Shown here one piece after another: positions 13,531 through 26,100 of a stretch of DNA of 64,000 nucleotides. Source of the stretch: Geosiphon pyriformis uo1 (lineage: Eukaryota > Fungi > Glomeromycota). The stretch is from positions 372,001 to 436,000 of the forward strand of contig JAAOMT010000372.1 of the NCBI GenBank assembly GCA_016748015.1, in the 5' to 3' direction. The stretch's first letter is position 1; each line of letters begins with the position of its first letter. The notes below the pieces were generated by a model. It saw only the letters and a list, made by a program, of their open reading frames with translations, ran no database searches and was not told the origin of the DNA. The translations under genes and the position numbers were made by a program.

Positions 13531-14499
13531 AAGTTGTAGGAATAATTGATTTTCAAGAAGATAGATGAAAGTAGTTGGTAGTTCTTCTACCAGTTCAGAT
13601 ATTCCAAATTCAATTTCATTTTCATTATTTTTATCTAACAGAAGAATGCTAAGAACATAGCATTCTAAACACCATTGGTCATCACAAAGCATAACACATT
13701 TTTCACATAATTGAATGTTTATTTGCTTTAATCATTGAATTTGAACTTCTTTGGTTGGATATGTATGACTTGCAATTTGGTAGTAGGTTTTTACTTCATC
13801 TTCATAATCAAATTCAGCTAATTCTATAGTATACTTAATGTATTCAGCTTCTTTTATTTGGTGGATATCTTCTTGGGTGGCTCTATTGATTAATGCTATT
13901 GCTAAATCAAAAATCATTTTAGCATTATAAGGATAGTGATAGAGTTTATTAAGAACACTGTTATATGCTGCATTAAATAGTGTTCCTTTTCTGACTTTTT
14001 CCGAAATTGATAGAGCATATTGACAGGTTTGATCACATATTTCTCCTCTTATTGTAACATCAATTCAGTTGTATTCTTCTAATAACATATCTCCACATGT
14101 AAGACAAAGTATGTTGTCCTATTTTCCACTTCTTTTTGGAGATCCAAATCATTCTCTATGGCATGCTTTACAAAAGTAGCAAGTGTAAGTTTTATATTTC
14201 TCTTCTGGAGAAATACAGGCTCCCATAGATAAAAACTTTTTTTGTAATCTTTGTATTTTAGTAGAATGTATGGTGGTTCTTTTCATGATTTTGGTGTGTA
14301 ATACCAAACTTTCTTTCATCTTCTTGTTTTTTCAAAAATTTTTTGTTCTGTTTCCTCAGCCCAATTGGATGTTGATTTAAGAGCCATGTAGGTTTTAGTG
14401 AGTGGCATTTCTTCTTTCTTCTCAAATTCAAATACTGGGGCTTTTTTTGAATGTTTGTTGAAAGTACCACAAGTAGCAGGTATTATGGTGTATTGTTCT

Positions 14500-14830
14500 T
14501 GATATAAGATTTTTAGTTTTTAAGTTTTCCAGTCTAAGTTTGTATTGGCTTTAAGAAGCCAATCATTTTTAACAAAAGCTTGGTATTGGGGTACATCCAT
14601 GACTAGAACTTTAACTGGAATGATAATTCCATCAATAGTGAATGAGAAGTTGTCAATTTCTCCTGCTGGTGTTTTTTTCATATCATCTGTTATAACAATT
14701 ACTGTTTGGACTGGTCTGTTAACATTTTGATTAAGTTGTTGTATTAATTGGTAGGTGATGATACTTCTAGTGAATTCACTATCTAAAATTAATCAGATGG
14801 GCTTTCCTTCTACTGTAGCTTCAGTATATA
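14500..14830 (-). pseudogene. Retropepsin-type aspartic protease of family B
   Basis: ITAIYTEATVEGKPI*LILDSEFTRSII (decayed LILDSG) ... YQAFVKNDWL. Confidence 0.8.
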
Positions 14831-14999
14831 TGGCAGTGATAGCTTTTTGCTCATTGACTGCTATATTGCTAAGCAAGAATGATGATTCATTTGCTTCAAA
14901 TTTGAATGGAAATATATCTGAAAGGTTGGCATTTTGGGCAATTTGGGCTGGTAGAATAGTATTGTTGGAAGAATTAGATCTTGGTGCTGCAACTTTATC

Positions 15000-17093
15000 T
15001 TTAAAAAGTGCAGTTTGTTGAAAATTCGATTCTTTTTACATTGTCAAATAACTGGGTTAAGTATAAAACTGAGTGGATTTTTGTTGAACAGAATTTCGGA
15101 GAACTAGTTGATTATTGAGGTTAAATCTGTTATGGTTTGTTAAAAAACGGTTTTGTGGTGTAAATTGGTTTTGTTGGACCAATCTTCTGGCTGGTATTTG
15201 ATATTGTTGAGTGGATAGTGTTTGATATTGCTGAATTGGTAAAGATTGCTGATATTGTTGCTGCATTGATTGTAGAACTGGTTAATAATAATTGTTTTGA
15301 TTTTGTGGTCTTGGTGGGTAATAAGTTGGTGGTGATGATTGATAATAAGATTGTTATAGTGAAGAGTAATGTTGATTACTCTTGTTTTGTTGGTTCCTTT
15401 GTAATTTTCTGCAATCTCATTTCCAGTGTTCTGAGATTCCACAATAATGACAATTTTGAGGTTGGTTGGTAGATGGTGATCCAAAATTGTTTTGGTTGTG
15501 TCATTATGGTGATTGATATCTTTGTGGTTGTTGCTGTTGTTGTTGTTGGTTTATAAAATAGTTTTCAACCTTTTTTGTGAGTTGGTCTATTTTTTTTTTA
15601 GCTGCTAAGCTGGTTTCTCCAATAGCTAGATTGACAAGTTTGGTGTGATTTGCTTCTTCTATTGCCATTTTATAGTTTTTTACATGTCTAATGGCAGTGG
15701 TTAGGTCTTCTGGAGCATGTGAATAAACTTTTTTAATGAGTTTGTTTTTTAATCCTGTCATAAATTGATTCAGAATTTGGGCATCAGAATAGTAGTTGTT
15801 GGTTTCCAATTGTTAAATTCATCTAAGAAGTTTATTGAATCTTCCAAGATAAGTTATGACAGTTTTAGATGTTTTTTGTTTGATATTGCAAAAGCAATTG
15901 TGGAGAATGATAGAGATGTTGTTGTTAGTGAATTGTTGTAAGAAAGCATCTTTGAATGCTTGCCAGTTTCCAAATGGTTCTTTTAAGTTTTCAAACCATT
16001 CTCCTGCAGTTTTTTGAAGAAAGTATGGGATTGCTTTAAGCATTCTTGCTGTATTCCAACCATTTGCATCTCCTGTTTTCTGAACTTTGTCAAGCCATTC
16101 TTGAGGACTGGTATTATTATCTTTACCAGTAAATTCTGGAATCTTTGCAATGTAAGCAGTTGCCATTTTTTCTTCATTTTCTGTAGTTTTTTTTTGTTCT
16201 GATTCAGTTTCTTCACTTTCCAAGTTTTCTGAATGATTACTTTCGTTTTCCTGTAAGTAATTAATAATATTAGTGCTTGTTTATATGGGTTCCTGCTGTT
16301 GAGTAAGATTTCTAGGTGACTGAAAATCTTCTGGTCTGGAGAAATGGTTAAGTGGTGAATTTGGTGTTTGTGGTTGAGCAAGTAAAATTGGAAATGGTGT
16401 AATAGAAAGTGGTAATTTGATACTGGTTCCTTGTTCAGGTGTTTGCAAGTGTTTGGTAGTTGCCTTTGGTGTCTTTGGAGTATTTGGGATAATATTTGAG
16501 TGTTGTTTCAGTTTTTGTTTGCCTTTGTTGTTTGTTTCTGTTTCTGATTCAAAGTCAATAGAGTATTTAGACTGTACTAGGTATTTTTCTTCACAATACT
16601 AAATAATGCTAAAGTTAAGTTCTTGGAAGTAGGTGGCAAGAGTTTCACTGTTCAGGTCTTTTGTTTTCAATTGTGAATAGTGCACTAAATTATTGTAGAG
16701 GTTGCTTTTAACTTCTGAAATGTTGTAGTTTTCAAAAAGATAATTGTTGATGTGGTTTTCAATGTATTGGTATACTGATTTCTTGACAACTTCAATTCCG
16801 TCTGGAATGTTGAATCTCTGCTTGCAATGGGTGTAAATTGACTGATAATACTCTAGAGTTGTTGTGTCTGGTGTGGTTACCACTTTGAATTTGTTGTTGC
16901 TGTGTTATTTCCGTGGAAGAGCACCAAATGTTACCGGAGGTTTTTGGTCTCTTTTCTTGAATGTTGTTACTGTTTGTCTGTTGTTAATTTCACGTTTTCT
17001 GGAAGCAATTGAACCTCCAATAACTGAATGTATCTTCAAATTATCTCCTATAATTTGAACTGCTGGGCTTATGAAGGGAATGGCCAATTCCAT
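15000..17093 (-). pseudogene. gag of family B (starts inside the 5' LTR)
   Basis: Capsid-like IPEFTGKDNNTSPQEWL...AGEWF and ILNQFMTGL; Q-rich linker; CCHC knuckle CHYCGISEHWK*DC at ~15452-15411. ORFs 17093-16905 and 16883-16599 are in frame across a single TAA. Confidence 0.85.
16909..16926 (-). other. Primer binding site (PBS)
   Basis: TGGTGCTCTTCCACGGAA, 2 nt after the 5' LTR. Its complement has tRNA 3'-end architecture (TT-CCGTG-GAAGAGC-A-CCA). Confidence 0.85.
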
Positions 17094-17899
17094 GCCAGTT
17101 ACTTTGTGTAGTTACATTGTAGTAAATGTCAACTCTTTTCCAGGAATTGCTCGTCTGGAAGCTCACTAAAATGTGTAGTTACTTTGCTGTGAAAGTCAAC
17201 TCTTCTACAGGAATCTCGTCTGTAGGCTACCCTAATGATTATAATAAGAAAAGAAAAGAAAAATAAAAGAAATGTAAAAGAAATAGAATTCTGTTAAGGG
17301 AAACGTTTTCTATCCAGGCCTGGAGTCACTAACAGATTACTGAAATTGGTAGCTAATCAATTTCAAAACGTTAGTTTGTGTTGAGAGAATTTTAAGTGTA
17401 ATAATCAAAGGATTTGGTTTTCGAATATTTTAGTTTTTATTTGAGATATGTAAAAAATGATTTGTTTCAATTAAGATATCTAAAGTAAGATACTATGAGA
17501 AGATATGAGAAGATACATTTTCTTGAAGAGAAAAGCTCTTCTTTTATACAACTTGCTGTAGTACTAGTCTTTGAACTTGCACTTTTCTCTTTGCTACAAT
17601 TTGGGTAAACTAAAGATACATTTCGGCAAACTACAAGTTATTTCACTGAACTATTGATTATTTCGGCCAATTTCCATTAATTTCGGCGAATTTTGACTAT
17701 GTTAAATGGTTCAGGGTATTGTGTAATTTGATCATCTTAATTTCTAGAATACAAATCGGATTATTGATTGAGTAATAATATTTGATAATTTGATTAAATA
17801 ATAAGTGATAATCGAAATAATAATAATATATGCTAATTAATAATAGGAATTATGAGGGTAATTTCATGCTAATTAATAGCTAAAATTCTACTGGTAACA
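16929..17899 (-). repeat. 5' LTR of family B element
   Basis: 971-bp direct repeat of 8014-8984, followed on the minus strand by the PBS. Confidence 0.95.
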
Positions 17900-19080
17900 A
17901 CATTTTTACAAGTATAAAATAAGTTATAAAGTCTAAAAGCTATTCTAATTTTGTAACAAATGTTTGTTGATCTAAATATTGTCTTAAATTTATTGTGTAT
18001 TTGTTTTTAAATAGTTTTAAATATGAGATTTGCTATTTTGAGTTCTAGTCATCTTTTGTAAAGCATTTTTTCAATATAAAAATATTTATAAATTAAAGAG
18101 TATTTATTATTTTGTTTATTAAAATACTGTTGAAATTTTTGTTAAATTGTAATATTTGGTAAAATATTAATAAAAATAAATATTAAATTCTTTTTTAAAG
18201 CTTTGATTTAAAAGTTTTAGTAAATAAATTTTAAAATAACTTTTGGTGTTTTTTTTATAAGAGTAATAATTTTGTAAATTTGTTATTAAAATTGTAACAA
18301 ATTTAGGTTGTATATAATTAATATGTTTTTTAGTAATAATTATAAATAATTTGAGTAGTGTTTTTAAAATTAACATTAATTTTTAAGATAGCTGTTAAAT
18401 GTTTTAAAGAATAATTATTATAAGAATTGATTAAAATGTAAAAAAAAATGAAATTATTTTTAATATATGGGTTTTTATATTATTTTGTTTGATTTTTTAT
18501 GTAATTTTAAATTATTTTTGTGCAATTATTTCTTTTAAATCTTTATAAAAAATAGATATAACTAATTTAAAATTTTAAATATTCAGATTTAAAAGTTATT
18601 TATTAATAACTTTCTTTAAGATTTTATCATTAAGTCTTAATTTGTATATTTATTTTTTAAAATTTTATGTATATAAAATAGTCTATCTTATTTATAATTA
18701 AATTTTTTACTTTATTGTTTTTTAGTTTTAATTTTCTGTAAAAAAACTTTATTTTTAACTTTAAATTTATTAATAATAAGTGGCAATTTATTGCTATATC
18801 ATTTTTTTTGTTAAACTTAATAGTATTTTATATAAATAGTTATTATCTATTATTTCTTTTTAATATGTTAAAAAATATATAAGCTTTTTATTAAAGTATT
18901 TTTTGGAAATTTTTTTCTGTAATTGGTTAAATTAAATAAGTTTTTATTGTTAAATTAATTGGTAATATTGCTGTTTTTCTATAGATTAGATTAAATATTA
19001 TGTGTTTTGTATTTTATTTTAGTATTCTATATACTAATAATACTAATAGAATAAAAATATCTTATTTTTGCCTAAATTAA
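17900..19080 (-). mobile_element. Older, more decayed family B-related fragment (integrase 3' end + 5' part of ORF3)
   Basis: Aligns by eye with ~9155-10450. ORF 18167-18376 MLILKTLLKLFIII matches the ORF3 N-terminus. Confidence 0.8.
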
Positions 19081-20049
19081 ATTTAGTTGTAAATAATATT
19101 TTTTTATTTAAATAATAGTAATAATAATATATATACAAAAGTTGGTTTTAATTAATACATAAATATATTATTTAATATATTAAATTTTAATTAATTATTA
19201 TTAATTTTAAAAATAAAACAAATTATATATTTACATATAATTTTTATTAATTAATTTATTAACTTATTTAATCTTAAAAATTAAATTAATTAAATTAAAA
19301 CTAAAATACTTTTTTTTTTGTTTTTTAAAAATATTATTAATTTTAATAATATTTAAACACTATTTATTAATTATTAAAAAATTTTTAAATAAGTAATTTA
19401 TATTTTAATTTTTAATAAATTATTAAAATTAAATTATATTAAAATTATGTTTCAATTTTTACATAATTTTTTAATTTAAAATTAATTATTAAAAACAATA
19501 TTTAATTTTTTTGTATAAAATTTATATTTAAGTTTTTTTTAAATATTGTTTTTTAAAAATTATAATAATAATATTAAAAATACTTTAAATATTTTTAATA
19601 AAGTTTTTGGTATTAAGTTAAAACTTATTAATTAATAATAGTATAATATTATTTATTTTAAGTTTAATATATTTTTAAATATTGTTTTAATTTATATTAA
19701 ATTAAAAAATTATTATTATTATTTTATTTTAATAAGTATAATTCAATTGTTATTTAATATACAGAATTAAATTAAGTAATTCTAATTAAATACAATTTAT
19801 ATACTTGCTATATATAACTAGCTACTTAAACCAATCTAAACAATACTACATATTTATATAGACAAACAAATTATTATTAATACCAGAAAAAAAACAGATC
19901 ATATACTTACTAAAATTTATAGTTATTAATTCAATAATACCAAGTATACAAATTATTTTATTAGATAAACCAGAAATTAAATTGCCAAAAATTATTAATA
20001 TCATACTATTATTAACTACCAACACATTTTTTTCTGTTTTTAATTTAAA

Positions 20050-22950
20050 TTTAGATCTGGTTAATTAAATTTCTTAACAGTAATATTTAATTAATTAACA
20101 AAAAAAATTCACCAAAATTAAAATTGTCTTTTTTATATTATTAAATATTATTAAAGCATTTTTAAGCCAATCTTTTAGCACAAAACTCTTGTAAAACATC
20201 ACATATAAATTAATATTTAAAAAACATAAAAATAGTAACTATAGTATAAAGAAAAAAAAAAGAATTTTTTTTTATTTAGAGATTTTCATAATTTAACATG
20301 GCTTAAAATTAATTTTTTTTTATCTAATAAAATCTTCTAAGTATGTAAATAAATAATTAGAGAACTTTATTTTTTTATAATATAAACATAAAATGTTTAA
20401 ATAAGACTTGTCATATAATTTTTTTTATATAATAACTGAAAATTTTTTATGAACAGTTTTTATTATGTAAGTTTTGAAACCAGCTGTAAATCTGTTAATA
20501 AACTCAGCCAGTATATAAAAATTAAAGTGCCAAACCAAAACTGTCTAAACTTAATTAACTTTAAAAATCAGATCACTAACAATAACTTTTATATTAAGAC
20601 CTATTTTCTAATATATACTAATAATTGTTTTGTAAATATTCTTAACAAAATAATAAACATTATCAGATATTGTTAATTTATTAACCATCAAATAATGTTC
20701 TAATATTTTAACAAAAAGAGCCAATAAAAAACTAGTAATAGTTTTAACTAGTGTATTAGTCTATTTATTACTTATAATGTCTAAATAACTTTTGATCTTT
20801 GATCAAACTACTATAATGTTTTTATTTTTAATTAAATTAACAACATAATATTTTTCTATTTAATACCAATTGTAAAAATTGAAAGCAAGCAAACCAAGTT
20901 TATTAACACATATATTAATAGTTATTTAGCTGTCTAAATACAAAATTATAGTGCTAAAAGATAGCAAATATTTTAAGATCAAAGCAATAGCATATAATTT
21001 AATTATTGTAAAAAACACTATTCCAAAAACTTTAATGCTTATATTTATATTTATTTTTAAAAAATATGTAGCTATCCTACTAACTATATTTGAAGAATCA
21101 TAATTTTTTAATAAATTATTAGTATACATATTAAAAGCACTATTTCAAATTTTATGTAAAATTTTTTTAATAATTCTAAAAGCATCTGAATCCAAAATAT
21201 TGTAAACAAATAAACTAATTTGTGTTTTATATCTTAAAGCTAGCTTAATTTTACTTAGAAAACTAAATGTCATATTAAATAAAAAAGAAGTAAAGTCTTT
21301 TAGATTCAACTTTTTTCAATAACAAAAAATTTTTTAATCTAATAAAACACTATGTTTGTCTAAAAGCTTATCATTAAAAGCCATACTAAATTAACACAAA
21401 AAATATATTATCTTAAAATAAACTGTATTTTTCAAGATATCAAATATTAAAAATTTACTAGAGTAATAAAACACACTTAATAAATTGTTTATTATTAAAA
21501 TTTTATTGTTTAAAAAAATTTTTACAATTCTAAAGAGAAAATTATTCACAAAACTGACTTTTAATTTAACAAAAAACTGAAACAAATTAGCTGAGACTTA
21601 ACTTAAAGTCTGCAAATTTAAAAATTAATGCTCAAAAAGACAATTAAAAATGCTTTTAGTATTTACAAAACTAATTATTAAAGCTATTTTATTTTTTGTT
21701 TGTACCTATTCAAAAGTTTTCAAGTTATACAGAAAAAAATAATACAAGATTTTATTAGGAAAGTTCTTAAGCAGTCTAGCTTTTGACTTCAAATTCTTCT
21801 TAATTATAATATTTTACTTGTAGCAAATATTTACTGAAACAAAACTAAACTGTATACAGTAATTAATAATAGAATACAAAATGGCTAAAATCAAGTAAAA
21901 AAACTGTTTATTCAAAATAACTTTTTTTAAAACCATATTTGCAAAAAACTTAATATTAGAATATGTTTTAGTTAAACTATGCTTTAATAAATTATTAATA
22001 GAAAGAAAAATTCTTAAGTATTAATGCACTTTGCTTTTCTTAGCAGCAGAAATAAAACATTTACTAATATTTAACAAAATATTTATTATTTTTTGGTTAA
22101 TAAAAATGGTTATTATTTTATTATTATTAATTAAAATATTATTAATCCTAAAAAATTCACTAATAATATTCAAAATATATTGTGTAAATGCCTGGCTATT
22201 TTTTATCCAAATAATATTATTTATAAAAGCACCAGCCACAAAAAATAAAGTTAGCCTTTCTCTGTTTTCTGCTTGGCCAGTTTTGGCTACAAATTTTGTA
22301 TTAATTTGGTATTTATACAAGTATTTATGTTTTTTAATCTTATACAAAAGAGAATTATAAAAGATTTTTCAAAGAAGAAATGAAAAAACTTTATTTTAGT
22401 TCACCTATTATACATAATGTATTCAATCAAGAGTCTAAAATTATTCATTATCTTGTTAATTTTTCTGGTATATGTTGTTAAAAAAACTGATAAACTTCTT
22501 ATACATTTTAATATACCTTAAGCTAATCTTTAAATAATGTTACTTAAACAAGTCATAAATCTTACACATGTTCTATAAAACCAGTCACAATTTTTTATTT
22601 TTTTCTAAAATATTTTCAATAATTAAATCAATTGTAAACACAGAAATTTAAGTTAATATATTTTTTAGTATCAAGAAATTGTCTCTATAGAGAACATTAA
22701 ATTTGCTGCAAACAAAAAAGACAAAATTTTCTTAGTAGTCTTAATTAAAACAATTAGTCTAATATTGGTTAATATTTTTTCTTATTTATAAGGCTTGAAA
22801 ATTATCAAAACCCAAGCTTTTTTCTAAAGAACTAAAATATTATCATGAACTAAACACAAATTCAGCAGATCTAAAAAGCATTCTTTAATTGTTTTATTAC
22901 AATGTTTTCAAAGTTTATTAGAAATGCTAAAAAAACCAGCAGTCTTGTTA
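20050..22950 (-). mobile_element. Degenerate non-LTR (LINE-like) retrotransposon ORF2 with RT and RNase H
   Basis: ORF 22021-22347 FFVAGAFINNIIWI (AFVDD-type RT motif, D>N). ORF 20926-21129 YTNNLL...TIIKLYAIALIL...ILYLDS matches RNase H YTDGS...AELxAI...xDS after G>A decay. Boundaries approximate. Confidence 0.75.
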
Positions 22951-23034
22951 TTAAACAGATTATTAATTATCAAAGTTGGTTTATTTATACTAACTTCTAT
23001 TATTATTCTAGAAAATGTATTATTATTCACATAA

Positions 23035-24743
23035 TCCGATTATTTTATATATACAAAATTTTAAGAATTAATTTATACAAATTAAGACTTGATAATAAAG
23101 TTTTAAAGAAAGTTGTACATAATAACAAATTGAAACATTACTATTTTAGAATCAATTTCGAATCTTTAATTTCACAAATTAGTACACAATTCCTTTTAGT
23201 TAAATTCAAAGATATTCTCTAAAATTTAAAACCAATAGTTATTATTAAACAACTTTCAAATCTGAATATTTAATCTTTAAATTTTAATATTTCTTTATAG
23301 TTATTTTTTATAGTTTAAAAACAAGTTTACAAAAACAAAACAAAACAAAAATAATATAAAAACTTACATATCAAAAATAATTTTAATTTATTACTTTTAT
23401 ATTAATTATTATGACTATTTTTTAAAATACTCAACAATTATTCCAAAAATTAATGTTAGTCTTAAAAACACTATCCAAATTATCTATTACTATTATTGGA
23501 AAACACATTAATTACACTCAGACAGAATTAGTTACAACTTTGCTTACAAATTCATAAAATTACTATCTTTATAAAAAAACATAAGAAGTTATTCTGGAAT
23601 TTACATATTAAAACTTTTAAAGCAAGCTTTAAGAGAAAATTTAATGTTTATTTCTATTAATATTTTACTAAATACCACAATTTAACAAAAACTTCAACAG
23701 TATTTTAATGAACAAAGCAATGAATACTCTCCAATTTATAGATATTTTTATATTAGAAAAATACTTTAAAAAAAAAACTAGAGCTCAAAAAAACAAACTT
23801 TACAATCAAAGTTATTTATAAACAACTTTATAATAAATTTAAGACAACAGCCAGACCAACAAACACTTACTACAAACTTAAAGCAGTTTTTAAATTTTAT
23901 AACCTATTTTATACTTGTAAAAACGTTTTATAAAATCCAATTTTACAATCCCTAAAGATTTAATACATTAAAAAACTTACAAAATTAAAATTTCAACAAT
24001 TTTCAGACCAAATTTTTTCAATAATTTTGAACTACTATCTGGAAATTACAGACAGTACTTGAACTTTAATAGAGCTTAGTCTTGACAAAAAAGTTATATT
24101 ATCAATTAAAATTTGAAATATTATTTAACATGAAACTATTTTTATAATTTCTATTATTAATTAGCATATATTATTATTTTAATTTATTACTTATTATCTT
24201 ATCAAATTATTCGAATTATTATTTAATTAATAACCCAATTTATATAGAACACAAATAAAACCAAATTACAATAATTAGATTATGCAATACACTAAACTAT
24301 ATAACATTCAAAATTCATTAAAATATTTTATAATTTAACAAAATACCTAATAGTTTACCGAAATAATTTATAGTTTGCAGAAATAACTTGTAATTTGACA
24401 AAATATATTTTTAGTTTGCTGAAATATTAGAAAAAAAAAGTGCTAGATTATAGAATAATACTACAACAAGTTTTATAAAAAAAAGCTTCTTTATTTAAGA
24501 AAATATATCTTAACTAAAATTTATCTTATTCAGAATTAACCTTCTATTAGATATTTTTTTTACCAATTAATTTCAATAAAACTCACTTTAAAAAACAAAA
24601 ATTCTTAATTATTCCTGCTTAAAATTAACTATTCCATATTAACAGTTAAAATTAATTAACTACCAATTTCCATAACCATTAATAATTTCCAAATTTGAAT
24701 TTAAAATAACTTTTTTAACACATTTTCTTATTTTTTTTTCTTT

Positions 24744-24779
<36 letters not shown>

Positions 24780-25104
24780 TATATTATTAGATAGTTTACA
24801 GTCAAGATTTTCTGTAAAAAATTGAACTTTTACAGCAAAATAACTACACACATTTTTGAAAAGCTTACAAATAAAACTTTTCTGTAAAAAAATTGGTTTT
24901 TATTACAAAGTAATTATATAAGTAATTGACATAAAATTGACTATTTTATCATAAGTTTAATAGCATATACAGTTTAAAATATAGAAAAATACTTTGGAAA
25001 AAAAATTAGCTTATTGGAAGTTTACTAACTTCTATTAACAACAGAATTAACAACAAAATAACATTAACAATATTTAAAAAAAAATAAAAAAATCTTTGGT
25101 AATA
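23035..25104 (+). mobile_element. Family B-related 3' fragment: integrase C-terminus, ORF3 (23411-24116), 3' LTR (24097-25104)
   Basis: YKLRLDNKVLKKVVHNNKLKHYYFR matches ORF 9827-10243. The ORF3 copy is followed by decayed LTR termini TATTATCA...GGTAATA. MCSYFAVKV (ORF 24660-24851) matches the LTR-derived frame in ORF 8232-8417. Confidence 0.85.
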
Positions 25105-25420
25105 GCATAAATAATTGCTTTTAAAAAAATAAACCAATTCTAAGAAAAGCTCAAGAAAAAAAAATATACAAAACACTTTTTTTAAGTATTGGTAATCTAG
25201 TTCTAAAATATTTTTTAAACAGAAACAATGTTTATAAAAATAAGTTTTTTAGCTAATGGAAAAACTTTTTATAATCAACAAAGTTTTAAAAAATAGTTTT
25301 TATATCTTACAAAATTAATATAAAATAATCTTTAATAATTGATTTACACATAATATATAACTCAAAAAATATTACAAACGATTTAATTGGTTATCTGTTA
25401 TAATAATATTAACTTAAATA
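25105..25420 (+). mobile_element. Integrase C-terminal fragment of another gypsy element
   Basis: SIGNLVLKY ... KFFS*WK.FIINKVLKNSFYIL resembles the 'GDLVL...W.GPF.I..V..NG.Y.L' integrase tail. Confidence 0.45.
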
Positions 25421-26100
25421 ATTAACAAAAATCAGTTATAAATAAATGTACTATTTCTAAAACAGAAATATTTTTAATTAATATGAACAATTATTTTTTA
25501 AATTAAAATATTTAAAATACTTTCTATATTTTTTATAAGTATTGGATCAAAAACTATTTAAATACTACTTTAACTATTTGAAAACAGACTATTATAATTA
25601 ATAATAATAGAACATATACTATTATTAAACCAAAAAAAACTATTATAAAAAGAGAAAAAACTAGTAATAAAATAGATAAATATATGCTTAAATGCATAAT
25701 TTTAACAATATTATTACTTTTTAATATACTTGAAAAAACAAATAAAAAAATCTTACTCATAAACAAAAACTTATTATATAGAAAACAATTAAAACTTTAT
25801 AGTTATCTTAATAAAATTATAAAAAACATAAAGCTCTTAAAAAAACATCTTTAAAAATACAAACTAAAATTTTGAATATTATATAATTAAATATTTTAAG
25901 AGTTTTAATCATTACTAAAAAAGCTAAAACTTTTATATAAAAATTTGATCTTTTGAATACAAAACTTATTTTCTTAAATTTTGTATATTTTATCAACAAA
26001 AAGCTTTACCAAACTAATTAATTTTGAATTAGACAAAACTCTTCAATTAAAATACTTTATAAATAATTTAATTTTACCAAAGTTTAATTTCTTTAAACAA

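Larger units (their letters stand above)
8014..17899 (-). mobile_element. Near full-length Ty3/gypsy LTR retrotransposon, family B (9,886 bp), inactivated by stops/frameshifts
   Basis: Two 971-bp LTRs (TGTTAC...GTAACA), PBS and PPT. Domain order gag(CCHC)-PR-dUTPase-RT-RNaseH-IN is of the gypsy type. Confidence 0.95.

Noticed and set aside
8010-17903. ACAG/ACAT as a 4-bp target-site duplication
   Set aside because: Imperfect match, and the two flanks derive from different elements, so it cannot be accepted as a true TSD.
326-26000. Numerous short I/K/N/F/L-rich ORFs, including plus-strand ORFs opposite gag-pol
   Set aside because: By-products of AT-hypermutated TE sequence or antisense frames; no independent coding evidence.
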